Source: a bacterium (GTDB lineage: Bacteria > Elusimicrobiota > Elusimicrobia > Elusimicrobiales > UBA9959). Taken from it: a stretch of DNA of 64,000 nucleotides. The position numbers and the translations under genes were made by a program. Positions 36,054-45,186 of this stretch are shown piece by piece. The notes beneath the pieces were generated by a model. It was not told where the DNA came from. It saw nothing but the letters and a program-made list of their open reading frames with translations, and ran no database searches. Position 1 is the first letter of the stretch; each line of letters begins with the position of its first letter. The stretch covers positions 8,595-72,594 of the forward strand of contig JAJYJH010000008.1 in assembly GCA_021789695.1 (NCBI GenBank), given 5' to 3'.

Positions 36054-39000
36054 CGTCCAGCCTCCCGGCCGCCGCGGCGGTCTGGGCCGCCGTGAACAGA
36101 TAATTCTCCCGGTTATAACCGCCTTTCAGAAAGGCGTTCCAGTCCGGAGAAGCCGCCCCGAAAGCCGCGCGGAACCGCTCCGCCAGTTCGGCGGGGCGGG
36201 AGAACGGAACCGCCTCCCCGGTCTCCAGCAGCAGACGCAAGCCGGCGGCCCGCGTAAAAAAATAATGCGGCGGCATGGTCCCCCAGAAAGAGCGCCAGGA
36301 AACCGCGAAATGCCTGGCCGCCAGCACGGCGCCGCCCTTCAGCGCCTCCGCAGTGGGCGCCGGCAGGACGTCCACTCCTGAAGAATAGATCCCGCCGTCC
36401 TCCGGCCGCGCCCCGCGGCCGCCGTAAAGCAGGTCCAGCGCCAGCGACGGATTGTTGAGATACGGCAAGCCGCACAGGGCCGCGAAGGAGGCGCGGGTAA
36501 GCAGCAGCGGAGCCGCAGAAAAATAGTGGAACGAACCGCGCGCCTTCAGGAAAGCTTCTGCGGCGCGCAGGAAGAAGTCCCTGTCTGCGGCTGCCTCGTC
36601 CGGCAGCACGACGTAGACCCGGTAGAGCGGGTCCAGGACGACCCCGGCCTGGCCGCCGGCTCCGGCCGCCAGTTCCGCGCACGCGGCTTCGAAAGCGTGG
36701 GTATTGAAAAGGCCGGCGGCGGGGGGCGGCGCGGGGCGACCGCCGGAGAAAGGAGGGCAGGCGGCGTGCAACGAGGCGAAAGCGGCGAAGGCCGAGTCGG
36801 CCGGGGCCGGTGAAAAGGCCGGGCCTGCGCCGAAATGCGAGGCGGTGTAGGCGGACCGGCTCTCCCTCTCCGGGGAGCCCGGGTCCGTGTAGCGCCTGAC
36901 GTCTATCATGCTTTTGGCGCAGTTGCGGCGGCGGAAGGCCGGCGGCAGATCTGGAGACAAAAAATGGCCCAGCAGCAGAGTGTAGGCGTAGAAGGCCTCG
37001 GTCAGATCGGCCTGGGGAGAGTTCTCCGGAGGCTGCATCACGAGCCGCGCCCCGCCAAGCAGGCGGGAAGCCCTCTCGAACTCCGCTCCCTTCACCCCCC
37101 AGCAGCGCATAAAGGAGGAGAACTCCGCCGCCGGGGACTGCAGCGCCTCTCCGGTGAATGGGAACAGCGCGCGAAAAAAACGCAGCTTCCGGCGCAGCGA
37201 AACGAAAAGTTCCCAATCCGCCGCGGGAGGTCCCGGCGGGAACAGCAGCGCCAGGTCCATGTCGCTCAGCCCCGGAACCCAGCCGCCTGAAACCATGCCG
37301 CGGTACAGGTAAACCGAGCCGCCCCGCCCCGGGCGGAGCAGTAGCCCCGCGGCGCCGGCGGCGGCCAGGTAGAGCGCTCTATAGAAGCCGCTGAAAAACG
37401 GGAAGCGGGAGGTGGCGGCCGCGAAACGGAACAGCGCGGAGCGCAGCGCGGACCGGGACGGCCGCCGGAGTGGCGCCTCCCAGGGCAGCCCGTCGAAAGA
37501 CACGTCAGAGCAGCGCAGGTTTGCGCCGTCCCCTGCGGCCAAGCCCGGATAGGGGGAACCGGAAAGGACGCAGCCGCGCAGGAATGCGCTCCCCCCGGAG
37601 ACCCGGAGCCCGCCGTGGGAGCCGCCCAGCACTATCAGGCCGCGGGCGCGCAGCCTCGCGCCGCGCAGTTCCGCCCCGTATTCCTCGCCACGCAGCGTCA
37701 GGTTCTCAGCCTCTATGTCCGCGGGCGCAGAAGCGGAGAGCCCCCCTTTGCCGGAGGCGCTCACGGAAAGCAGTCTGACTCGCCGCGCCGAAATATCCAG
37801 ACCGGCCCCGGCGCCGGCCGCCAGAGAGGAGTTGGATAGTTCCACCGAAGTTCCCGCCGCGGCGCGCAGCGCGGACGAGGCAGAGACGAACTCCGAGGAA
37901 ACCGCGCGGAGGGAGGAGGCCCCTTCCGCCGAGACCGCAGGCCCGCCCACCCCCTCCGCTTTCAGGGCATCGAGCGAAGCCGAGGAGCGCCCCGAAATGG
38001 CCAGCGCCGGAAATCCGCCGCAAGAGCGCAGGACGCAGGAATAGGCCCGCAGTCCAGCCAGACCGCCGGCGGCAACGACCGGGCCGCCGGAACTTTCCGC
38101 GTTCACCCTGGTCACCGATGCCGAGGAGCGTTCAGAAAGGACCAGCGCCGGCGGAGCGCCGGAGGAACGACAGGAGGAAAAGAACAGCGAAGCGCGGCCT
38201 GCCAGTTCCGCGGCCGGTCCGGAGTTGCCGAAAAACTCCGAGTTCTCCGCGCGCAAGCCGGCTCTGCCGGCGGCGTAAAGCCCGGCGCCGCAGTTCTTCA
38301 CGGAACAGCCGTCCAGAGAGGCGGACACGGAACCTTCGGCATAGAGGGCCGGCCCGGCCAGGTCGGAGAACGCGCACTTCCCCGCCCGCAGCAGGGAGCG
38401 CCCGGCCGCCATTATCCCAGCGGCGCAGCCGTGGACGGAAAGGCCAAAGAACCCCGCCGAGGCGTCCCCCCAGAGCTCGGCCGCGGGGCCGGAAGAGGCA
38501 GAAATCAAGCCGCTCCGGAAAAGGACGACGGCCGCTCCAGAGACCAGCAGAGCCGGCCCTCTGCCGGCCGAAAAAGAGCAGTCCTCCAGCGAGGCCGAGG
38601 AGCGCCCATAGAGCTCGGCGCCGCGTTCGACGGATTCTACCGCGCAGGAGCGCGCATCCACCCGCCCCCGGTCCCTGGCCGACAGAGCGCAGCCGGAAAC
38701 CGCGCGCAGCGTGCAGCGGGACAGTTCCAGTACGGCGTCCCCAAGCGCGTGAAGACCGGCGAAGCCAGGCCCGGAAAAGGTTATCCCCGCGGCCGGGCCG
38801 CCAGCGGCCTTGAGAGCGCCATAGACCAGCAGTTTGGCCCCGGCACTCTCGAGGGAAAGCGTCCCGCCGCCGGCCGAGGCGCGCAGGACCGGAAAGAACC
38901 ATGGTTCGCGGCGTTCAAAGAACACCTCGGTGCCAGGCAGGACCGTCACTGTGACTCCGCGCTCTATGGTAAGATAGTCCGCCACCGTCACCCGGCCGCT

Positions 39001-39591
39001 CCAGGTCTCGTCGCAGGAGATACGTCCGCTCTTCAGCAGCCCGGCCGGAGCGGGGCCGGAGGAAGGCAGGCGGGCGGGAAGGGCGGCCAGCGCGGAGAGG
39101 GCAGGGTAGACGCGGGACTCCCAGGCCAGCCAGAGGGGGTCCAGCAGCGAGCCCTCGCGGCCGGGCAGCAGGCGGCAGAGCAGGCGGAACGCCGACGAAG
39201 CGACGGCCACCGAGAGGTAGAGCAGCTTCGCGGCCGCGGCGGAATAGACGGCCAGGAAAAAACCGCGCGCCCCTCCGCGCGGCAGCCGCCGGCGCGTCCC
39301 CGCCCGGTCGAAGGCCGTCACGAGACCGCCGGGTTTAAAGGCGGAAGGCGGCCAGTCCGGCAGCAGATTGGCGTCGCCCTTGCAGAGAAAAAGGCGCCGC
39401 CCCAGGAACGAAGCGTTCAGCAGCACCCGGTGTATGACGTAGCCGCAGGGAAGGGCGCCCCGCCATTTAACCAATAGCGCAACGTCTCCGGAAACGACCT
39501 CGGCCGGCGCGCAGCGGCGCACGTGCGCCGCGTCTCCCGGCTCCAGGAGAAAACGCATCGAATGCCCAAGAACCGGGTAGGTCTTTTCCAA
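36040..39591 (-). CDS. 1183-aa multidomain protein: S24/S26 (SipW/Sec11-like) peptidase, TM segment, parallel beta-helix repeats, TM segment, nucleotidyltransferase-fold domain
   Basis: GHSMRFLLEPGD, VIHRV and CKGDANLLPD at the N-terminus. About 500 aa of Gly/Ala/Ser/Cys periodic repeats follow. Then YRGMVSGGWVPGLSDMDLALLF (NTase G-S/DxD pattern). Confidence 0.7.
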   Translation of the reverse strand: MEKTYPVLGHSMRFLLEPGDAAHVRRCAPAEVVSGDVALLVKWRGALPCGYVIHRVLLNASFLGRRLFLCKGDANLLPDWPPSAFKPGGLVTAFDRAGTRRRLPRGGARGFFLAVYSAAAAKLLYLSVAVASSAFRLLCRLLPGREGSLLDPLWLAWESRVYPALSALAALPARLPSSGPAPAGLLKSGRISCDETWSGRVTVADYLTIERGVTVTVLPGTEVFFERREPWFFPVLRASAGGGTLSLESAGAKLLVYGALKAAGGPAAGITFSGPGFAGLHALGDAVLELSRCTLRAVSGCALSARDRGRVDARSCAVESVERGAELYGRSSASLEDCSFSAGRGPALLVSGAAVVLFRSGLISASSGPAAELWGDASAGFFGLSVHGCAAGIMAAGRSLLRAGKCAFSDLAGPALYAEGSVSASLDGCSVKNCGAGLYAAGRAGLRAENSEFFGNSGPAAELAGRASLFFSSCRSSGAPPALVLSERSSASVTRVNAESSGGPVVAAGGLAGLRAYSCVLRSCGGFPALAISGRSSASLDALKAEGVGGPAVSAEGASSLRAVSSEFVSASSALRAAAGTSVELSNSSLAAGAGAGLDISARRVRLLSVSASGKGGLSASAPADIEAENLTLRGEEYGAELRGARLRARGLIVLGGSHGGLRVSGGSAFLRGCVLSGSPYPGLAAGDGANLRCSDVSFDGLPWEAPLRRPSRSALRSALFRFAAATSRFPFFSGFYRALYLAAAGAAGLLLRPGRGGSVYLYRGMVSGGWVPGLSDMDLALLFPPGPPAADWELFVSLRRKLRFFRALFPFTGEALQSPAAEFSSFMRCWGVKGAEFERASRLLGGARLVMQPPENSPQADLTEAFYAYTLLLGHFLSPDLPPAFRRRNCAKSMIDVRRYTDPGSPERESRSAYTASHFGAGPAFSPAPADSAFAAFASLHAACPPFSGGRPAPPPAAGLFNTHAFEAACAELAAGAGGQAGVVLDPLYRVYVVLPDEAAADRDFFLRAAEAFLKARGSFHYFSAAPLLLTRASFAALCGLPYLNNPSLALDLLYGGRGARPEDGGIYSSGVDVLPAPTAEALKGGAVLAARHFAVSWRSFWGTMPPHYFFTRAAGLRLLLETGEAVPFSRPAELAERFRAAFGAASPDWNAFLKGGYNRENYLFTAAQTAAAAGRLDDAGR

Positions 39592-39611
39592 AAGACTCTC
39601 CTCGCCCCGCC

Positions 39612-40412
39612 TCAGGCGGCCTTCAGGCTGCTCGGGTCGCTCTCAAGATACGGGTCCAGCTCGTCCAGGAATTCCAGCGCCTTGCGGCACCATTTATCCA
39701 CGAAGACCTCGCGATTCTTGACCGCGCAGGAATGGAAATGCTCGTGTCCGTCGAAGCTGGCGTGGTGGCGGTGCCAGACGAAGACTTCCTTGGCGACCTT
39801 AAGTTGCCAGCCGGCCTGCCGCAGGCGCAGAGAATAGTCGAAGTCCTCGAAACAGCCGGTGCCGAAGCGCTCGTCGAACAGGCCCACGCTCTCGTAGGCC
39901 CGGCGGCGCAGCATGAGGCAGAAACCGACAAGGCGGTGCGCCTCGAAGCTCTCGGCCCGGAACCTGAGACGCATGGCCTGGGAGAAGGCGGACAGGGACT
40001 TCCTGTCTTTTTCCACTGTTGGGGCCAGAACTACGCGCTGCACGCCTACGGTACGGTTGGTTAGCGGGCCGCAGGCCCCGACCGCGGGATAGGCGTCGAG
40101 GCAGGCGGCCAGGCCCTGCAGGCCGCCTTCGAAGAAAGCCACGTCGCTGTTCACCACCGCGATGTACTCACCTGTAGCGGCCCTTAGGCCCCGGTTGACG
40201 GCCTTGGCGAAGCCCAGATTAGAGGCGTTGCGCAGCCGCAACGCGCCGCGCTTTGCAGCTACGTAGCGCCGCGTCTCCGGGCGCGAGCCGTTGTCGACCA
40301 GTATGAGCTCGTAAAGCCCGCCAGCCGTGCGTTCCAGGCTATCCAGGCAGGACCTGAGGTCCGGGAGTGCGTTGAAAACAGGAATAACCACGCTTATTTT
40401 CTTGTCTGGCAT
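39612..40412 (-). CDS. Family 2 glycosyltransferase
   Basis: ISVVIPVFNALPDL, LILVDNGS and VVNSDV. Confidence 0.8.
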   Translation of the reverse strand: MPDKKISVVIPVFNALPDLRSCLDSLERTAGGLYELILVDNGSRPETRRYVAAKRGALRLRNASNLGFAKAVNRGLRAATGEYIAVVNSDVAFFEGGLQGLAACLDAYPAVGACGPLTNRTVGVQRVVLAPTVEKDRKSLSAFSQAMRLRFRAESFEAHRLVGFCLMLRRRAYESVGLFDERFGTGCFEDFDYSLRLRQAGWQLKVAKEVFVWHRHHASFDGHEHFHSCAVKNREVFVDKWCRKALEFLDELDPYLESDPSSLKAA

Positions 40413-40453
40413 AAAGAGATCTCCGTCCGACCCAGGCGGGATGGCGAAGCAAA

Positions 40454-40464
40454 TATTATAGAAT
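40454..40464. promoter_or_regulatory. Face-to-face -10 elements in a divergent gap
   Basis: Plus-strand TAGAAT (40459-40464) lies 7 nt before ATG 40472, with no Shine-Dalgarno. Minus-strand TATAAT (40460-40455) lies about 42 nt before ATG 40412, which has GGAG. Confidence 0.4.
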
Positions 40465-40471
40465 TTTAGAC

Positions 40472-42241
40472 ATGGCCACGGCGCCCGGACAGCGTAAACA
40501 TATTCTTTTTGCCTTCCTTGCCTTCGCCGCCGGTCTGACCGCCCAGCTCCCAGCCGTGACCGACAGGCTGCTGTGGGACGACGCGCAGTTCGTCGCGCGG
40601 AATCCCTTCGTCTCCGACTGCGCCAACCTCGCCAAGGCGCTGGACCCCGTCTATCTCTTCAAGGTCCTGCCAGTACGCATGAGCGCCAGGCCGGTGGTGA
40701 ATGCCGCGCTGCTGGCGGACGTCTGCTCCGGCGCAGGGCCGCGCGGTATGCGGATCACGAACGTGCTGCTGCACGCCTGCGGCGCGGCCATGCTCTTCGC
40801 TCTGTTGCTGGTTTTATGCGGCTCTCCGCCGGCGGCCCTGTTCGGAGCGCTGGTCTTCGCCATCCATCCGGCCGTCTCGGAAGCCGTGCAGATAGTCGCG
40901 TTCCGCTCCCACCTGCTCGGATTCTTTTTCTTTTCAGGGGCGCTCGCGCTGGCGGTCCTGGCCGGACGCGGGGCCGGGACCGCAGCCTCCCTGGCGGGCG
41001 CGGCGTGCTATTTGCTGGCCGTCCTGAGCGTGGAGACGACCGCGGTCCTGCCCCTCTCAGCGGCCCTGGCCGTCTGGTTCGATTCGGGGAGGGATGGCCT
41101 CAGGCGCGCCGCCCCGCTCTTCGCGGCCCTGGCGCTGATTGGGGCCTTCTACCTGTGGTTCAGGGTCCCGCGCTCGGGTTACGAACTGCCCGGCTCGAAG
41201 CCGGGCGTCTCCGCCCCGTCAGTTCTCTACCCGGCCGGCCTTCTTCCGCCCCCCTCCGCGCCGCAGGCAGCCGGGCGAGGCTGGAGCGAGCTGCCTCCCT
41301 GGCGCGCTGTTTACGCCAGCGGCAGCGCCAACCTCTACACGATGTCAGCGGTCACGCTGGACTACCTGCGAGAGCTGGTCCTGCCCCTTGGCCTGAAAGC
41401 GGACTATGCGCCCAAGGTAATAACTGACCCGCGGCGCGGCCTGAGGGCGCTGGCGATCTGCCTGGCGGTACTGGCGTCTGGGCTGATCCTTTTTTTCAGG
41501 AGGCGGCTCTCCGGGCTGGGGCTGATGCTGACGTTGATAGCCCTGCTGCCGGCCCTGGACCTGGTGCACATCTACAACCTGCGGGCGGACCGCTATCTTT
41601 ACCTGCCGCTGGCGGGCTTCGCGCTGCTTGCCGCGGCCGCTTTCAGGCGGGCGGACAATCTGGGCGGGCCCCTCAGGGCGGCGGTCCTGGCCGCCGGGGC
41701 CGCCTGGCTGGCCGGCCTCGGCGCGCTCACCGTCTCGCGCTGGCCGCAGTTCGCCGACGACAAAGCGCTCTTTTCGGCGGCAGCCGCCGGAGGCTCGCCC
41801 AGGGCGCACGCCAACCTGGCTGGAACGCTGCTGCGGGATGGCGACTGCGGCGGAGCGGTCAAAGAATCGGCCGAGGCGGCAAGGCTAGACCCAGGGGATC
41901 CCTTCCTGCGTCTTAGGCTGGGTTACGCGCTGGCCTGGTGCGACCGCGGTAGGGAGGCCATAATCGCCATAGGCAGCGTCCCCGAGACCCCCGACACGGT
42001 TTTCCTGCACGGTCTGGCTTATATGGAAAGCGATCCGGAAAAGGCGGCGGGGCTGATAAACGCCGCGCTCAAAAAGGAGCCGGGACGCGCGGATATGCGG
42101 CTGGCCCTGGCCTTAGCCCTGGGCAGGGCGCCGGCCGGGTTGGACCCCGCCTCCGCGGCCGAATTCGCCGCGGTGCAGGCCTCCTTTAAGAAAGGCGGCC
42201 TGCGCGGCGCGACGCTCAGTGCTTTAGGCCGAAATTGGTGA
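40472..42241 (+). CDS. Polytopic membrane protein with C-terminal TPR repeats (PMT_2/TMTC-like GT-C candidate)
   Basis: LLWDDAQFVARNPFV N-terminal motif, about 10 TM helices, and a TPR tail. Confidence 0.55.
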   Translation: MATAPGQRKHILFAFLAFAAGLTAQLPAVTDRLLWDDAQFVARNPFVSDCANLAKALDPVYLFKVLPVRMSARPVVNAALLADVCSGAGPRGMRITNVLLHACGAAMLFALLLVLCGSPPAALFGALVFAIHPAVSEAVQIVAFRSHLLGFFFFSGALALAVLAGRGAGTAASLAGAACYLLAVLSVETTAVLPLSAALAVWFDSGRDGLRRAAPLFAALALIGAFYLWFRVPRSGYELPGSKPGVSAPSVLYPAGLLPPPSAPQAAGRGWSELPPWRAVYASGSANLYTMSAVTLDYLRELVLPLGLKADYAPKVITDPRRGLRALAICLAVLASGLILFFRRRLSGLGLMLTLIALLPALDLVHIYNLRADRYLYLPLAGFALLAAAAFRRADNLGGPLRAAVLAAGAAWLAGLGALTVSRWPQFADDKALFSAAAAGGSPRAHANLAGTLLRDGDCGGAVKESAEAARLDPGDPFLRLRLGYALAWCDRGREAIIAIGSVPETPDTVFLHGLAYMESDPEKAAGLINAALKKEPGRADMRLALALALGRAPAGLDPASAAEFAAVQASFKKGGLRGATLSALGRNW

Positions 42242-43106
42242 ACTGGAAAGAGGAGAGTTGCATAGACTTGAACTGAAGAGCGTCGCCGGAGTCTGCCTCC
42301 GTTCCGCCGGGGGCCGCCTTGTCCGATAAATTCTGCAGCCAGGCGGTCCATTTGCCGCTTAAATCGGCCCCCTCCCTGGTCCGGTAATAGGCCCAGAGCG
42401 CATCGTTAACGCTTTCCCCGTCCCGGACAGCATCGCAGAAAGCCTTGAACTGCAGCCGTTTATGCGGCTGGTACAGGTACTTGACGATACCGAAAGCCTG
42501 CAGGTACCAGTCGGCTATCTGCGCGTCCGAATGCAGGTCGTCCGTGCGGGTGTCGAAGAAACGGTTTAACGGGATGCGCCGGTCCGGGGAGAAATAAGGC
42601 AGGGCCCTGGTCCAAGGTCCGCCGTTAGGATAGACCGACTCCTCCATGTTGACGGCCAGGCCCTCGTTAAGCCATTGCGGCGGGTATTTCAGTTTCTCGG
42701 CGAAGTAGCTTTCGAAGTACAGATGCGTCAGTTCGTGGGCTATCACGGCCTTCAGTTTTATCATGTCCCCGGTATCGTAGACGACGATGGTCTTCTTCTG
42801 GACGAAGGCCAGCCCCTTGGACCAGGGCGGAGGGTGGAACTCCCCCCGCAGGTAGTCCTCGGCGGAGGAATAGATATAGATGTTGCTGCGCTCACGCACC
42901 ATCCACGGGGCGAACATCGCCAGGTTGAGGCGCATTGAAGAGTACATCCTCTCCATCTCCAGGGAGATGGAAGAGGGCGACCAGGAGGACTCGTACATTA
43001 TCCTGAAATGCGGGGAGGTGAGTACGTGCCAGCGCAAGGGAACCCGGGGCGGCGGCGCGGCGGTGGCCGGCGCCGTCAGCGCCAGCAGCAGCAGGGCATG
43101 AATCAT
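42216..43106 (-). CDS. Secreted MA-clan zinc metallopeptidase-like protein
   Basis: Signal peptide, HELTH zinc motif, and WLNEGLAVNME 19 aa downstream (gluzincin third ligand). Confidence 0.6.
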   Translation of the reverse strand: MIHALLLLALTAPATAAPPPRVPLRWHVLTSPHFRIMYESSWSPSSISLEMERMYSSMRLNLAMFAPWMVRERSNIYIYSSAEDYLRGEFHPPPWSKGLAFVQKKTIVVYDTGDMIKLKAVIAHELTHLYFESYFAEKLKYPPQWLNEGLAVNMEESVYPNGGPWTRALPYFSPDRRIPLNRFFDTRTDDLHSDAQIADWYLQAFGIVKYLYQPHKRLQFKAFCDAVRDGESVNDALWAYYRTREGADLSGKWTAWLQNLSDKAAPGGTEADSGDALQFKSMQLSSFQFTNFGLKH

Positions 43107-43119
43107 AGATGCCGGAGCG

Positions 43120-43455
43120 TCACTGGTCCTCGTTGGTGGTTATGCTGACGGGAAAAGAGCCATAGGGGTCTATGCCGGTACGGCTATACTGGACGGTAAC
43201 TCCGTCGGGATAGATATAGCCCGTGGAGGGAATAGAGGACAGCGTGGGATAGGCTCCGGTCGGGCTCCAGGCCAGCATCGTATACCCCATAATGGAATGC
43301 GCGTGCGTGACGGACGCCGCTGCCCGGTAATCGCGAGAGGCCAGCAGGTAACGGGCCATGACCCACTTCATTACCATCACGGCAATCATAGAAAGGATAA
43401 TTGCCATGACCAGCGTCTGAAGCATTATCATGCCTTCGCGGCGCGCGGTTCTCAT
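43120..43455 (-). CDS. Small pilus-operon membrane protein with a degenerate prepilin-like N-terminus
   Basis: REG/MIMLQTLVMAIIL: Gly followed by a hydrophobic helix, with Gln where Glu+5 is expected. Confidence 0.4.
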   Translation of the reverse strand: MRTARREGMIMLQTLVMAIILSMIAVMVMKWVMARYLLASRDYRAAASVTHAHSIMGYTMLAWSPTGAYPTLSSIPSTGYIYPDGVTVQYSRTGIDPYGSFPVSITTNEDQ

Positions 43456-43511
43456 CTTAATAGTCTAGCAGAGAAATACGCCGCCGGCAAGCGGACGGAC
43501 GGGAATGTGGC

Positions 43512-44195
43512 TCACGGGGTGTAAGGAACCTGCCCCTGCAGCAGGGTGTTCATGGAGAAGTCCACGTCGTGCTGCGCTCTGCCGAAGCTGTGCGCGGTGG
43601 CCTGCCAGAAGGAACGAAGCGAAACCCGCACCGCGCCGGGAGCGGCGGCTCCGTCCGCCGGTATGCGGGAGAAGATGTAGCCGGCGGAAGGAACGGCGTA
43701 CTGCATCAGTTTGGTGGCGCCAGGGGTGCCGCCGCAGTTGGGAACCGCGTAATACAGGTTGGGGTTGAAGATGGCAGGCGCGGCCTTGCCGCAGGCGGTG
43801 GCCGCGGAACTCCCGCCGACGTTGCCGTTGTAGTAGTAAAGGCTCTGGTAGCCGGGAGTAGAGGCGTCGTTGCCCAGACAGAACAGGTACCAGGTGGACG
43901 GAAGGGCGGGGTTAATAGGGTAGCAGCCGGTGAGCTGGTCCACGTTGGAGGCGAACTTCAGCACGGTGTCCCTGGCGTTCCTGGCGGGCCAATCGATGCG
44001 GGTGGCCGTGGGAAGCGTGTTCTGCAGCGCCTTCATCGCCACGACCACACCCGTTTTGATGACGTCGCTGCGGTAGTTCTGGAAGAAGTGTCTCTGGCTG
44101 GTGGAATAGATAGTGGCGAGGGAGGCGATCATGTAACTGAAGATGAGGACGGCCACCATCACCTCTATCAGTGTAAAAGCGCCTCTGGTCTTCAT
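43512..44195 (-). CDS. Prepilin-type N-terminal cleavage/methylation domain protein (minor pilin)
   Basis: MKTRGAFTLIEVMVAVLIF. Confidence 0.7.
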   Translation of the reverse strand: MKTRGAFTLIEVMVAVLIFSYMIASLATIYSTSQRHFFQNYRSDVIKTGVVVAMKALQNTLPTATRIDWPARNARDTVLKFASNVDQLTGCYPINPALPSTWYLFCLGNDASTPGYQSLYYYNGNVGGSSAATACGKAAPAIFNPNLYYAVPNCGGTPGATKLMQYAVPSAGYIFSRIPADGAAAPGAVRVSLRSFWQATAHSFGRAQHDVDFSMNTLLQGQVPYTP

Positions 44196-44197
44196 GA

Positions 44198-44698
44198 TCA
44201 GTCCGTATAGCTTAGCCTGAACGTAACCGCCTTGCAGGCGGTGGGATAGTCCGGAGGCGACCCCATAGGGAAGCCGCCGCAGGGCTGGCTCTGCACCGTG
44301 TAGGTGAAGCTGGCCTGGTGCGAAGGGTCCGGGCTCAGAATATTGGAGGGGTCGGAGGGATTGTACGGATCGTATGCCACCAGCGAGGAGATGTCGTGCG
44401 TGATATTGGGACGCAGCGCCCAGACATGGGAGGAATCCGCCGGCCAGAGGCCGTTGTTCGGCGAGCCCGGGATGCCGTTCACCATGTTCGGATTGGTCGG
44501 GTCCACGCTCACGTAGGCCTGCAGCGCCTGCTGGGCGTACTTGATGGCCATGGCCGCCGCGTCGCGCTTGTCCGCCTTGGCGCTGGAGACGAAGCTGGAG
44601 AGCATGACCGAGAAGACCGCCGTGCTCGTCATGGCGGCCACCATCGTGGCCATAGAGACCTCGATCAGCGTCTGGCCAGGTCTTCCGCGCAGTCTCAT
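44198..44698 (-). CDS. Pilin-like protein (minor pilin)
   Basis: RPG/QTLIEVSMATMV: Gly-1 and Glu+5. Confidence 0.55.
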   Translation of the reverse strand: MRLRGRPGQTLIEVSMATMVAAMTSTAVFSVMLSSFVSSAKADKRDAAAMAIKYAQQALQAYVSVDPTNPNMVNGIPGSPNNGLWPADSSHVWALRPNITHDISSLVAYDPYNPSDPSNILSPDPSHQASFTYTVQSQPCGGFPMGSPPDYPTACKAVTFRLSYTD

Positions 44699-44705
44699 AA
44701 GGTCC

Positions 44706-45170
44706 CTAGAACTGGGGACAGGAAGGAGCCCCGTTCAGATTAAAGCAGGCGCCGGCCGAGTCGAAATTATAGCCCCAGTTTGCGTAGACGCCGTTCCCGT
44801 TATTCCTGTGCGTGCAGGCGGTATTGCCGCCCCCGCAACTGAGCCCCACGGAGAAAATATAGGCGGAGGAGTCCCAGTCCTGCGGCGCCACGTAATTGCA
44901 GCGGACCAGGCGGCAGGCCGTGTAGTCAGAGGTGCTGCAGCCGCCTGAGTTGCAGCCGTTGGACAGGCTCCCCGAAAGGTTGACTCCGGGATAGTCCAGC
45001 TCGAACATCCGGTAGGAGTTGGAAAGCATGTGGCCGATGGCTATAGAGTCGGTGGCCTTGGAGGTCTCTATCGTTTTCTTGTAGTACGGCAGCCCTATGG
45101 AGGCGAGTATGCCGATAATCAGCACCACCACCATCATCTCTATCAGCGTAAAAGCAGGATATCCTTTCAT
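44706..45170 (-). CDS. Type IV pilin / pseudopilin (probable major subunit), Cys-rich
   Basis: MKGYPAFTLIEMMVVVLIIGILASIGLP, strong GGGGGAGAG Shine-Dalgarno, and eight Cys in the globular domain. Confidence 0.8.
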   Translation of the reverse strand: MKGYPAFTLIEMMVVVLIIGILASIGLPYYKKTIETSKATDSIAIGHMLSNSYRMFELDYPGVNLSGSLSNGCNSGGCSTSDYTACRLVRCNYVAPQDWDSSAYIFSVGLSCGGGNTACTHRNNGNGVYANWGYNFDSAGACFNLNGAPSCPQF

Positions 45171-45186
45171 TCTCTCCCCCCCCGCG

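Noticed and set aside
36113-38902. Alternative-frame ORFs (36113-37216 minus, 38118-38813 plus, 38132-38902 minus, 38431-39477 plus) inside the 1183-aa gene.
   Set aside because: These are extremely Arg/Pro/Gly-rich. They overlap the frame that carries the peptidase, beta-helix and NTase signatures.
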